A stretch of 64,000 nucleotides of DNA, taken from Octopus sinensis (lineage: Eukaryota). Shown here piece by piece: positions 1-11,855 of this stretch. The notes beneath the pieces were generated by a model. The model did not search any database, was not told the DNA's origin, and saw only the letters and a list, made by a program, of their open reading frames with translations. Each line of letters opens with the position of its first letter. Position 1 is the first letter of the stretch. The stretch is from the NCBI RefSeq assembly GCF_006345805.1, contig NC_043007.1, positions 74,958,001 through 75,022,000 on the forward strand, given 5' to 3'. The position numbers and the translations under genes are program-made.

Positions 1-256
1 GGTTAGTCCCTTTAAGTAGCACCTGGGGCAAGTGTCTTCTACTATAGACTCTGGCTGAGTCTATAAGCATCAAATGGCTATGAGGGTCCACTCAAATTAA
101 ATTGGAATCAAGGGAGTCTATGGGTAAAAAAATGTTTGAGAACTAGATATAGAGGCTCCTTCATTTTTATTGGAAACATTTTTGTGCTTCAATTATGAAA
201 TAACAAAACACTTCATGACTTTGATATCTGAATGCTTCCAATATTTCCGTTTCCAG

Positions 257-355
257 GACCAGTTGCGTCGTTACAATACCATCAAACAATCAGATCTTCC
301 TTCTGCTGTTACTGCTAAGAAAACCAGGGAATTTCGATGTCCACCACAACAACAG
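257..355 (+). CDS. RyR: Ryanodine receptor coding exon 1 of window (phase 0-0)
   Basis: ttccag|GAC...CAG|gtatag; [33 protein letters not shown] matches the conserved RyR motif (T)ARRTREFRSPPQEQ. Confidence 0.93.
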
Positions 356-554
356 GTATAGAATTTCATCATTATTTGCAAGTAATAAGTTTTATATTTA
401 CATGTATGTATATTTACTTACTCACATAGGAAGTTCTAGGTTTGAGTTCTAGGCACGACTCTTTGGGTTTAGGTTTTCTACCATAGAGTCAAGTCTTGTA
501 AGAAAAATTTATAAACAGAAATTGCATGTATTATTTGTGTGTGTGTGTGTGTGT

Positions 555-599
<45 letters not shown>

Positions 600-1542
600 G
601 ACCTTGTTAACTTGTCTTCAGCAATAAGTAGTCCTAGTTTTACATCAATCAAAATATAATGCTTTCCATTAATTAAAAAGATTATCCTACTGTAAACTCT
701 TTAAGAAAAACAGGTATAGCTCAGTAGTTGAGAAGCTTACTTCCCAACCAAGTGATCTTGGGTTCAGTTCCACTGTGAGAGATGTTTGGTAATGTGCATG
801 TGTGTGTGGGGGGTGGGGTATTAGTGTGTACCCTTGTGTAGACATCATGTGATGTCTATAAATGAACATCATTGTCATTCAAGCAAGGTTGCTTGCTTCC
901 ACTCTTCCATGAAAAACATATCTGGCCATGGGAAAATATTACCTTGCTTAGAAACAGGTGAAAGTTGGCAACCGAAAGAGCATCCAGCTGTAGAAAATCT
1001 ACTTCAACAAATTCTATCTACCCCTTGCAAGAATAGAAAAGTGGATGTTAAAATGACAATGATGATTGTCAATAAACCACTTCAGAATGTTGTCCTCAGC
1101 AAACCCTTTTGATCCAGTAGCATACAATAACACTCATAAAATCTATAACCACAAAGAAAATATTAATTCAAAGAATCAAATAGGAATTCTATGCAATTTG
1201 AATATTTGTTGTTTTTCTGAAAAGCAATTTGATGCATTTTAATGTATGAAATTACTGTATTTGATAGTATGTAAGATGCACTTATTTTCCAAGGAAATTT
1301 CTCAAAAAGTCTCTCCACATCCTATATGAGAAGTTGGCCTCGATTACATGTTTTAGCATATCAAAAGCAATTTTCTCCTAAATATACTCTACTAAAATTA
1401 GTATACATCTATCATGCTCATGCATTTTTTACACCATCAAACACAGTACTATATATGTTTAATTTACCAATTTTTCCTTTAGAAAATATTTCAGAAATGT
1501 TTCTAAATATTAAAATTTGTTTTTAATTTTTCCCATTCTTAG

Positions 1543-1816
1543 ATGAAGAATCTTCTTAAATTCAAATCTGAAGAAGAATTTGATGAAGACATTTGTGCAT
1601 GCCGAGAAGATTTTCGAGAGTCTCTTTTGAATTACCATCAAACTTTAATGATTCATTGTGAAATGCCAACTTTGCAAAAACAACCTGAAGCAAATGAAAC
1701 TGAGCAGTTAGATGACTCGCCGAAATCGATGAAAGAAAAATTAAAAAGCTTGATCTGGAGGGTTAAAAAAGAAGAAGAAATCAAAGAAAAATCATCTGAC
1801 GAAGAAACCAAAAATG
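1543..1816 (+). CDS. RyR: RyR exon 2 (phase 0-1)
   Basis: cttag|ATG...AATG|gtatag; MKNLLKFK...CACREDFRESLLNYHQTLMIHC resembles RyR NMLL.FK...CPLP.EIR..LL.FH..L..HC. Confidence 0.9.
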
Positions 1817-2684
1817 GTATAGATATTATTTTATTTGTTCTGTAATATTATGAATGCTTTGGTTCTGAAACATTCAATTAGTTTATAATTTCAGTGATGT
1901 TGTTTGAAGTGGCATTTGATATCAAAGACAAAAATTATATTCCATCAATTTGGGTTCAGTTCCACAGAGAGAGATGTTTGGTAATGTGCATGTGTGTGTG
2001 TGAAGACACTATTTCACATTGCCCCAGTTAACTCAACTGTAGAAATGAGTTGCAACATCACTGCTGCCAAGTTGTATCGGCCTTTGCATTTCCCTTGGAT
2101 AACATCAGTGGTGTGGAGAGGGGAGGCTGGTATGCATGGGTGACTGCTGGTGTTCCATAAACAATCTTGCCCAGACTTGTACCTTGGAGGGTAACTTTCT
2201 TGGTGTAATCCCATGGTCATTCATGACCGAAGGGGGTCTCCCCAGTTCATATTTTATTAATTTATTCATCTAAGTTTACGTGTCAACTGGAGCTAGATTA
2301 CTCAATGGGATGAGTAAAAAAGAATAAAGCACATTCAGTCAATTATAATTTCAACCAAAAACTTTCCAGTGAATTAAAAGTCCAACTAAAGTAAATGTCT
2401 AAAAGTAAATACACTGTGGTGTATAAGTGACTGAGATTACAATATTACCCCCACTAAATGGTGGGATGCCAGTCCATTGCAGGGTTAACTTTGCAACTAT
2501 TGATTAAACCCATTTACAGCTGAGTGGACTGGAGTAATGTGAAATGAAGTATTTTGCTCAAGAACACGATGCACTGCCTGGTTCAGGAATTAAAACCACA
2601 ATTTTACTATCATAAATGCAACACCAGAACTACTTGGCCACATACCTTCACTTACTCCGTAATTACTAATCAATTAGTCCATAT

Positions 2685-3011
2685 GGCTCAGTGGTTAGAA
2701 CGTCGAGCTCACGATCGTGAGGTTCTGAGTTCGATTCCTGGACCGAGCTGCATGTTGTGTTCTTGAGCAAGACACTTTATTTCACGTTGCTCCAGTTCAC
2801 TCAGCTGTAGAAATGAGTTGCGACATGACTGGTGCCAAGCTGTATCTGCTGTTGCCTTTCCCTTGGATAACACTGGTGGCGTGGAGAGGGGAAGCTGGTA
2901 TGCATGGGTGACTGCTGGCCTTCCATAAATAATCTTGCCCAGACTTGTACCTCGGAGGGTAACTTTCTAGGTGAAATCCCATGATCATTCATGACCAAAG
3001 GGGGTTTCCCC
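2685..3011 (+). mobile_element. tRNA-derived SINE family B
   Basis: A/B boxes GGCTCAGTGGTTAGA / GAGTTCGATTCC; TSD AGTCCATAT (2676-2684, 3012-3020). Confidence 0.85.
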
Positions 3012-3132
3012 AGTCCATATTTTATTAATTGATCATTTGATTATGTTTAACAAATTTTAAATTAAATTAAATTATTTTTTTAAATTCATTATGAATATAA
3101 TTATACGTTATTATATTTAGTTAGGCAAGGCA

Positions 3133-3345
3133 TCAAGCTGGCAGAATCGTTAGCACACCAGGTAAAGTGCTTAGCAGTATTTCATCCATCTTCATGCTCT
3201 GCATTCAAATACTGCTGGGTCATCTTTGCCTTCCGTCTTTTCAAGGTCAATAAAATGAGTACCAGTTGAGCACTGGAGGTTGATCTAATCGACTTTTCCC
3301 CCTCTCCAAATATTGCTGGCCTTGTGCTAAAATCTAAAACCATTA
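3133..3345 (+). mobile_element. Older SINE family A copy. Other + copies: ~3360-3550, 9596-9815, 41464-41677, 44846-45065, 56565-56780. Other - copies: ~14500-14690, 41757-41965, 58050-58260, 63650-63830
   Basis: Shared GCTGGCAGAA head, TCTGAGTTCAAAT B-box-like motif and TTTGCCTTTCATCCTTT core. Confidence 0.75.
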
Positions 3346-3955
3346 TATTAAGTTTAGGCTACAGATTCACAGAACTAATAGAGCATTGAAGAAAATGTAT
3401 TGAGGTATTTACAAATGTTTATGTTCTGAGATCAAATACCACTGCAGTCAACTTTGCCTTTCATTCTTTTAGGGTCAACAAAATACATGCCAGTCAGGCA
3501 CTGGTGACTGTGCCCCTCACCATCCCCAGATTTGCAGCCCTGTGCCTAAGTTACATGCAATTTTTATACTTAGTTTATCAATCAGATCCTTTCTCAATGA
3601 TTTTGTTTGGTTATTTGAAATTATATATTTATCTACTTACAATGTTAATTATGTGGCTTATTATCAAAGATTCTTTTGACAAATACATTAACAAAGTTCT
3701 GTCTCTGTACATAACCACTTAAGCTTTCTTAATTCTGGAACTATAGACTTTCAATTGGTAATTCATTTCAATCAAGTCAGATCACAGGAATAAATTATTA
3801 TAATTATCCAATGACATCTCCAAATATTGCTATCTAAAACACTTGCTGTATATTGAGATAACGTCTACTTCTGAGTGATTGTGATCAATGCTGATCAATT
3901 TTGGCATGCTTTCATATTTTGGTATTCAATTCCTTTTCTATGACTTTATTTCTAG

Positions 3956-4080
3956 ATTCTCTACAAAAACTTATTGCCCAAACAATGGTTCGGTGGGGAG
4001 AAGAAACATTCCTCTCTGACCAGAACCTGGTCAGAGAAATGTTTAGTCTACTTCACAGACAGTATAATGGCGTTGCAGAA
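3956..4080 (+). CDS. RyR: RyR exon 3 (phase 1-0)
   Basis: tctag|AT...GAA|gtaagt; SLQKLIAQTMVRWGEE...LVREMFSLLHRQYNG (RyR1 SLQELVSHTVVRWAQE...MFSLLHRQYDG). Confidence 0.95.
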
Positions 4081-4299
4081 GTAAGTGGAATTTCTGTATT
4101 TTTTATAATTTCCAAATTACGTTTCTAATTTCTCGTCTTGTTAATTTGAGGGAAGATTATTATTGTCATGCAGGGTTCGTAAGCAAAATGATTTGAAGGC
4201 AAAGCATGTCTGAAGGAAAATTAAAAGAAACGATAAAATAAATAAATAAATAAATAATAATAATAATTGAAATAAAGGGAGATGAATATCAATATTGAA

Positions 4300-5029
4300 T
4301 TAACTAATCTGTGGAAACAATGTAAAAACTAGAAAAGGAAGAAAGATGAAGAGAAAACATAGACTATCACCAAGAGAAGAACTGCTTTCAGCAAAAGGAA
4401 TACTGCAACAAAAAGTCCAAGCAAATGCTCAAAGAATACGATTGGCTGATAGGTGGGAATAAAAACCTTTGCATGGCAAATATGTGGCCCATAGCAAACA
4501 AGCAGATGTAGACCAGAAGAACAGTCGTTAATGGCTATGGAGCTCAGGGCTAAAGGCAGAGAGTGAAGGCTTTATCTTGACTACTCAAGATCAGAGCTTA
4601 TTGACCCAGAACTATCACGCCAATGGGATGAAAAATGGTGTAGACCCAAAGTGCTGATACTGCAACGATGGGATAGAAACAGTTGACCACTTAATCTCTG
4701 GGTGTAAGGTTTTAGTAACTGTAGAGTACAGACCAAGACATATGTGCATCTCTGATCACGAACAGAAGTAGTGGGGGAGCATCATAGCTATGTGTTGAGA
4801 AGAATTCTTTGGAGGTTTGAACATTTCACCTCTAGAAACATGGGTGTTTCATTCAACATCCTTAAACAACCCTTATTCAGGGACCTTTTGAGCAGGATGG
4901 GCTTGACCCAAAGAAAATTCTGCAAGGTCATGTGCTGTTTATCTTAGTATACTGGGCTTCGTATATTTTACCTAAGTGTCACTTTGATGGTATGCACTCC
5001 TCTCTCACTTAATAATATTAATAATAATA

Positions 5030-5065
<36 letters not shown>

Positions 5066-5068
5066 TAA
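4300..5068 (+). mobile_element. Dong/R4-like RLE non-LTR retrotransposon remnant with (TAA)n tail
   Basis: PLHGKY, GLKAESEGFILTTQDQSL and CCHC knuckle KC*YC...ETVDHLISGC; ends in an AAT repeat. Confidence 0.75.
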
Positions 5069-5248
5069 TCAAAGAAAATACCCTCAACATTTTTATTACA
5101 CTTGTCATGTTTATGAGAATGTAATTTTTTAAATATACAGAAATGATAAATGATAATTAATACATGATCAACTTAAGAATTTTTAAATCTTAATTTCTTT
5201 ATTTCAAAAAATTTCATTTTCATTTGATTATTTTTGTTTTTATTTCAG

Positions 5249-5397
5249 TTACTTTCTGCTTTGGAGAAAGCTTATGTAATCAGTAATTTTAGTATAGAAG
5301 ACATCAACGAATTATTAAAAGCTTTAGGACACATCCGTTCTTTGCTTTTGGTCCAAGTGGCCGTTGATGAGGAAGAGTCCATGAAAACAAGCCTCAA
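5249..5397 (+). CDS. RyR: RyR exon 4 (phase 0-2), absent from ORF track
   Basis: tttcag|TTA...CTCAA|gtaagt; LLSALEKAYVISNFSIEDINELLKALGHIRSLLLVQVAVDEEESMKTSL (RyR AYTIS...LGQIRSLL.VQM...EE). Confidence 0.94.
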
Positions 5398-5666
5398 GTA
5401 AGTAATATCAAATTTTGACATTTGTTTTAAAATACAATGTAAGGGGAATGAAAAAACAATTTTTAATTATAAAAATAATAAAGCATGTTTCCAAGATATT
5501 TTCCAAAGAGAAAAAAAAACTAGTTTAATTTACATTGCAGCATCCATGACTTTCAAAAGCATTTTATTCATGCTCAGAATTGTTGAAGCATGGAATAAAC
5601 TTAGTTATACAAAAAGAAAATAATAATTCTGTCAATGTTTTGTTTTATTTTATTTCATTTCTTCAG

Positions 5667-5874
5667 GGAACTCATGGACAACAAAGTATTTTTCCAGCAT
5701 CCTGATTTGATGCGTGCTTTATGCGTACATGAGACAGTTATGCAGCTTATGGTAAACACACTTAACAAAGCACAACAGCATCAACAAGCAGCAGCATCTG
5801 AACAAGCAGCTGGTAACAGAACATCAATTGCTGGTGCTCCAAGTGAAAGTGATCCTAGTGCTGTACAAAGTAAG
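5667..5874 (+). CDS. RyR: RyR exon 5 (phase 2-0), RIH region
   Basis: cttcag|G...AAG|gtaagg; [30 protein letters not shown] (RyR1 [29 protein letters not shown]). Confidence 0.95.
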
Positions 5875-6267
5875 GTAAGGACATGATAACTGTTTGAATT
5901 CAACTACAAGCTTAAGGCAGGTAAACAAATATGTTTTGCCATGTTCATATTTCGTTGGTGCCAATTGCAGGAATTCAAAAGTTTAGAGAATGTCACTTTA
6001 AAAGTTGATGTGTTGGTACTTTTTGTTTCATTACTCTACTCTTTTACTTGTTTCAGTCATTTGACTACAGCCATGCTGGAGCACCACCTTTAGTCGAGCA
6101 AATCGATCCCAGGACTTATTCTTTGCAAGCCTAGTACTTATTCTATTGGTCTCTTTTGCCGAACCGCTAAGTTACAGGGACATAAACACACCAGCATCGG
6201 TTGTTAAGTGATGTTGGGGGACAAACACAGACACACAAACATATATACACACACACACATATATATA

Positions 6268-6308
<41 letters not shown>

Positions 6309-6726
6309 TCATCATCATCATCATCGATGGCCTTCTTTCAGTTTCCGTCTATCGAATCCACTCACAAGGCTTTAGTTGGCCCGAGGCTATAGTAGAAGAC
6401 ACTTGCTATAGTAGACACATGTGTGTATGTGTGTGCATGCATGTGTCTGCATTTGTTCCACCACCATAACTTGACGACTAGTGTTGGTTTGTATACATCC
6501 TCATAACCTAGCAGTTTGACAAAACAGACTGATAGAATAGGTACCAGACTTTAAAAAATAGCATATATTGAGATTGATTTACTTGACTAGACCCTCTAAG
6601 GTGATGCCCCAGCATGCCCGCAGTCCAATGACTAAAACAAGTAAAAGATAAACGATAAGATAATTTTATGAATTGTGCCTTATTGACTCCAGTGATTTAA
6701 TGCCACCCAAATATTTTATTCTGTAG

Positions 6727-6859
6727 CAAGATGCTTGTGCTGAAATGGTTGTCATGTGTTGCCGCTTCCTCTGTTATTTCTGCCGCATTAGTCGACAAAA
6801 TCAGAGAGCAATGTTTGAACATCTCAGTTACTTGCTGGAAAACAGCAGCATGCTTCTCG
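6727..6859 (+). CDS. RyR: RyR exon 6 (phase 0-1)
   Basis: ctgtag|CAA...CTCG|gtaagt; [34 protein letters not shown] is nearly identical to the RyR signature. Confidence 0.96.
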
Positions 6860-6947
6860 GTAAGTATATGCAAAGTCTATTATTTTCCATTTCGTTTTTG
6901 GATTTGGCTTGCAAGATTCTTTATATGAGTTCGTGTATTGAAGCAAA

Positions 6948-7127
6948 TTCTGTTGTGTCTGGGGAGAGTCATTTTCTTTTTGAGCCTTATAATTTAACAC
7001 ACGCACCAGTAAAATTTCCACTTATTTTTTTTAAATTATTTTTTAAGAAATAAGTGGAAATTTTACCAGTGAGTGTATTAAATTATAAGGCACAAAAAGA
7101 AAATAACTCTCCCCAGACATAACAGAA
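6948..7127. repeat. Fold-back palindrome with ~85-bp arms, plus a partial copy at ~7200-7308
   Basis: TTCTGTTGTGTCTGGGGAGAGT...TTTCCACTTATTT / AAATAAGTGGAAA...ACTCTCCCCAGACATAACAGAA. Confidence 0.9.
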
Positions 7128-7870
7128 AGTCTTAACATATTTTATCAGTAAATAAGTCTTCTCTTAATGAATAAGTCTTCACATATTTCATTTTATCTAA
7201 AACACACTTACTAGTAAAGTTTCCACTTATTTCTTATTTTTATTTTCCTAAATAAATGTTACATTATAAGGCACAGAAAGAAAATGACTCTCCCCAGACA
7301 CAACAGACTATTATTTTCTGTTCAAAGTATATTGCATTAATACTTGACTGCTTTATGGTAAGGATTCAGAGATATAGGATTTGTCATTCCAGTAATGAGA
7401 GGTTAACCATTAATTGTCAAACAAGACATTTCTATATGATACAATTTCATAATCAACTAGAAAATATATCACCATTTCTATAGAGTTTGTTAAGAATTAT
7501 TTAAAAGTGTACTGAGTGGTGAAAAGTATTTATTCTCTAAATCTGTGATGAATCTCATCAAAATGCTAAACTTACATCCACAGCACAAGGATCCAAAGAA
7601 TCCAATCTTTTTAATCTGTATGTATGTGTGCGTGTGTGTGTGTGTGTGTGGTGTGTGTGTGTGTGTTCCACCTGGCCTGTTGTCTTTGTTGTCTTTTCCA
7701 ACCACTTTTTCTCATTCTCTTATTTCTTCTGATTAAGGACTTATGTCTGAAACATCAAAACTCTTTCTCTTCTTTTTAAGTATTAAACTAATACATTTAC
7801 CCCTTCTGTGTTGTCTTCTTTTTTGTGCTCATTGCCTTGAATAAATTACCATTCTTTTATAATCCAACAG

Positions 7871-8110
7871 CTCGTCCATCATTGAGAGGCTCCTGTCCAC
7901 TTGATGTTGCATATTCTTCTCTTATGGATAACAACGAACTTGCTTTAGCTCTCAGAGAGTCGAATTTGGAAAGAATTACTGTTTATTTGTCTCGTTGCGG
8001 CCTCCAAAGCAATGCTGAACTTTTGGAGAAAGGATATCCTGATATTGGCTGGGATCCTGTAGAAGGAGAGAGATTCTTGGACTTTTTCCGATTCTGTGTC
8101 TGGGTAAATG
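7871..8110 (+). CDS. RyR: RyR exon 7 (phase 1-1)
   Basis: caacag|CT...AATG|gtatgt; [25 protein letters not shown]...[27 protein letters not shown]. Confidence 0.96.
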
Positions 8111-8206
8111 GTATGTAAACTTTTTATATGAAGATTCCTCACTTCTATAATATGACAAAATTCTGTAAAAAAAAGTTATTAATTACTTAAGTCGTTTTGA
8201 GTGACA

Positions 8207-8594
8207 AGGCATGGCTGTGTAGTAAGAAATTATCTTCCTGACAGCATGGTTCTAGGTTCAGTTCCACTGCATGTCACCTTGGGCAAGTGTCTTCTACTAT
8301 AGCCTCAGGCCTTGTGAGTGAATTTGCTAGATGGAAACAGAAAGATGCTCATTGTATATATGTATATGTTTCATTGTGTCTGTGTTTATGACCCCACCCC
8401 CACCACCACTTGACAACTGATGTTGGTGTATTTACATCCCTGTAACTTAGTGGCTCAGCAAAAGAGACCAGCAGAATAGATACCAGGTTTTTAAAAAATA
8501 AGAACCGGTGGGTGATACATTCAACAAAAAAAATTCTTCCGCATGGTACTCTAGCATGGCTACAATCTAATGACTGAGACAAGTAGATGATAAA
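8207..8594 (+). mobile_element. SINE family C with internal microsatellite. Other + copies: ~1-57, 710-1070, 6420-6660, 8877-9287, 12295-12797, 33920-34280, 44390-44735. One - copy: ~6031-6406
   Basis: GGTTCAGTTCCACTG...CACCTTGGGCAAGTGTCTTCTACTATAGCC head (CORE-like); most copies end in a CAGTCNAATGACTGAAACAAGTAAAAG tail. Confidence 0.78.
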
Positions 8595-10074
8595 TTGGTG
8601 CTAATCAATGGCAGCTTTCATCCTACATTTATGGACTGCCATATTAGCTTGGTGATAACTTAATATCCAGTACCGCTGCCATAGTCTCCTTTAGAGAGAC
8701 TTAGAAATAATAATATTTCTATTTATGAAAAAGACATACTTTTACAATAATGTCTTAATTTCTGATAACTTGAATATTAATTAATCTGTGTTTCTGAAAT
8801 TCTCATAAATATTGTATTATTCTATATTATCTCTGTGGGTCAAGTTAATTTATTCTGTATGATCTTTCTGGATCATAGGCACAGGAGTAGCTGCATGTAA
8901 GAAGTTTGCTTACCAACCATATGGTTCTGGGTTCAGTCTCACTGCATGTCACCTTGGACAAGTGTCCTCTACTATAGCCTCAGGCCAACCTGAGAATTTG
9001 GTGGACAAAAACTGAAAGAAGCCCTTCGTATATATATATATGTGTGTGTGTGTATGTATCTATGTATGGGTGTCTTTGTGTCTGTGTTTGTCCTCCCATT
9101 ACTGTTTGACAACTGGTGTTGGTGTGTTTACATCGCCAAAACTTAGTGGTTCAGCAAAAGTGACTGATAGAATAAGTGCTTAGGCTTAACTAAGTCCTGG
9201 AGTTGATTATTCAACTAAAACCTTCAAGGTAGTGCCCCAGCATGACTGCAGTCCAATGACTGGAGCAAGTAAAAGAGACAAAAGATTCCTAGGTGCAAGC
9301 ATAGTAATATGATTAAGAAGTTCATTTCCCAACCACATGGTTCTGGGTTCAATCCTATTGAGTGGCACCCTTGACAAGTGTCTTTTATTATAGCCTCAGA
9401 TTGACCAGTACCTTTGAAAATGGAATTTGATAGGTGGAAACTCTACAGAAGCTCATCTCTCTCTCTCTCACTCTCTCTCTCCCACACACACGCACACACA
9501 CAAACACACACACACACAGTGTTGGAGTTTGTGTCATGCCTGTGTATGTATTTACGCAATCACAATGAAAGCAATGTTATTTATATGTCACAAGATGGCG
9601 AGCTGGTAGAAGCATTATCGCATAGGCCAAAATACCTGGCAGCATTTCTTCCAGGTTTTCATGCTCTGAGTTCAAACCCCAGTAAAGTCAATGTTGCCTT
9701 TCATCCTTTCAAGATTGATGGTATATATCATCAGTCAAGCACTGAAGGTTGGTGTTATCTACTAACACCTGCACACTAAAATTGCTGGCCTTGTGTCAAA
9801 ACTAGAAACCACTATTCATGTACTAAATCTTAGATGTTCAACAAAAAGAGATTGATAAAATAATTACTTAACTGAAACACATTTCTGATTAAAGGTAGTG
9901 CCCCAGCATGACCTCAGTTCAATGACTGAAACAAGTGAAAGAATAAATACAGAAATATTTAATATTCCCATTACATGTAGAAGTTTATTTTCTTATATTC
10001 ATTATTCCAAATTCTAAATTCTAAATTCATGATTTGTATAAAGCAATATAACGTTTTATCTTTTAATAACATAG

Positions 10075-10300
10075 GAGAAAGTGTGGAGGAGAATGCCAAT
10101 CTAGTAGTTCGCCTACTTATCCGCAAGCCTGAGTGCTTAGGACCAGCCCTGCGTGGTGAAGGAAGTGGATTGCTTAAGGCTACCCGAGATGGAATCAAAA
10201 TGTCTGAACAAATTGCAGCAGCCAAAGACACTAATGCTGCAAACTTCCTCAGAGTCATTAATGATGATGATGACACAGGTGGAGAATACCTTTTCCAAAG
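10075..10300 (+). CDS. RyR: RyR exon 8 (phase 1-2)
   Basis: acatag|GA...CAAAG|gtaatt; [34 protein letters not shown]. Confidence 0.95.
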
Positions 10301-10318
10301 GTAATTATAACAATAATT

Positions 10319-10376
<58 letters not shown>

Positions 10377-11486
10377 TGTATAGAGGGCATTATTACACAT
10401 AAATGCCTCACACTAGGAGGGACAAAGTCATTACTACCAAAATTATACTAATCATACCCAAATGCAGTTTTTCAAAGCAAGACATTTAAAAAAATGAATT
10501 TAGTTCTGTATCACCGTGATTTCACATTCAACTTTACGTTGTATATATATAATACAGACAAAAAACAAATGTTGAAATTTTGATATTTTGAATGCATTTA
10601 ATATATGTGTTTTGAGTAGTTATGTAAGATAGTTCTTTCATAATATCCTCCTCAGCCATATATAATGACACTAGAAAATTTCTCAAATATAACTTTTGCA
10701 TGCAGAACATTTATATATAATATGTATATACAATATAGTACTGAATTCATTTTATGCTTTTGTAATATATCAGTATGAATGAAATTGGCAACTCTTCTCT
10801 CTCTCTCTCTCTCTCCCTCTCTCTCCCTCTCTCTCTCTCTCTCTCTCAGAAGACATACAAATTAGTGTTTATAACTATCACTATAGTAACATTACAACAT
10901 TCAGACTAATGGTTCTCAAATATATTTTGTCAAAAAACAAACTCATTCCTATTTTTAGGGACAACTCCCAGCCATAATTTTAATAAAATATTAAATGAAA
11001 CAAAATTTATTTTGAAGAAAGAATTTACTCATCAAAAACAAGAACATATACTCTATTCCTTCTAGACGCTTTGTTCTTGCAATCAAAAACGGTATATCAT
11101 TTATATCATAGGGACTTTTTAAAATTCTAGAGACATGAAACTATTCATTCTTAACCATGCAACTCAAATAACAGCATGTAAATCTGTAGTCAAAACAACT
11201 CTTTCAATAGAGAAAGTCAAAACTGCTGAGGATTTTCACATACTATCATTTGCAGTTTTGTCTACTTTGAGTTGGACAGTCAAAAATTAATTATTCTAAA
11301 TCTCTCAAAGTTTAAAAATTTTTTCTGATGTCATCAATACACTTTACAAACTGTGGACCCAAACATATTTGGTGAAAGAACTTTTATTTGATATTCCAAA
11401 AATCATTGAACCCATTCCTGTTTTTATGGACAACCCCTGACTCTAGGATGTAATTCCAACTTTTACTTATAAAATACATTTTTATA

Positions 11487-11703
11487 GCCGGCGAGCTGGC
11501 AGAAACGTTAGCACGCCGGGCAAATTGCATAGCCGTATTTCATCTGCTGTTACATTCTGAGCTCAAATTCCGTCAAGGTCGACTTTGCCTTTCATCCTTT
11601 CGGGGTCGATAAATTAAGTACCAGTTATGCACTGGGGTTGATGTAATCGACTTAATCCGTTTGTCCCGTCTGTGTTTAGCCCCATGTGGGTAGTAAAGAA
11701 ATA
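11487..11703 (+). mobile_element. Young tRNA-derived SINE, family A (Meta/MESC-like central domain)
   Basis: GTCGACTTTGCCTTTCATCCTTTCGGGGTCGATAAATTAAGTACCAG core; 18-bp TSD TATAAAATACATTTTTAT (11468-11485, 11704-11721). Confidence 0.88.
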
Positions 11704-11855
11704 TATAAAATACATTTTTATGAAATTTCAACATGGAACCTCGAAATATTTTCATGGAACCCACTTTAAAAAACATCCCTGTATATAAATAACTTTCAAA
11801 CGGAATCATTTTAATACTTGGCTTCATTAGAGAATTTATTTTTTCTTTCTTTCAG

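Noticed and set aside
2685-2756. tRNA-like sequence with A and B boxes
   Set aside because: It is the head of a multi-copy SINE that continues into a ~250-bp body with a TSD, not a tRNA gene.
6612-6650. SINE C tail stem-loop CAGTC-CAAT-GACT followed by AAAC as a possible hammerhead half
   Set aside because: No upstream CTGANGA box in any copy; better explained as a LINE-recognition stem-loop.
9971-10411. Antisense ORFs overlapping RyR exons (also 7945-8158, 11931-12125 and 18903-19232)
   Set aside because: Shadow frames of real coding or transposase sequence, some extended by microsatellites.
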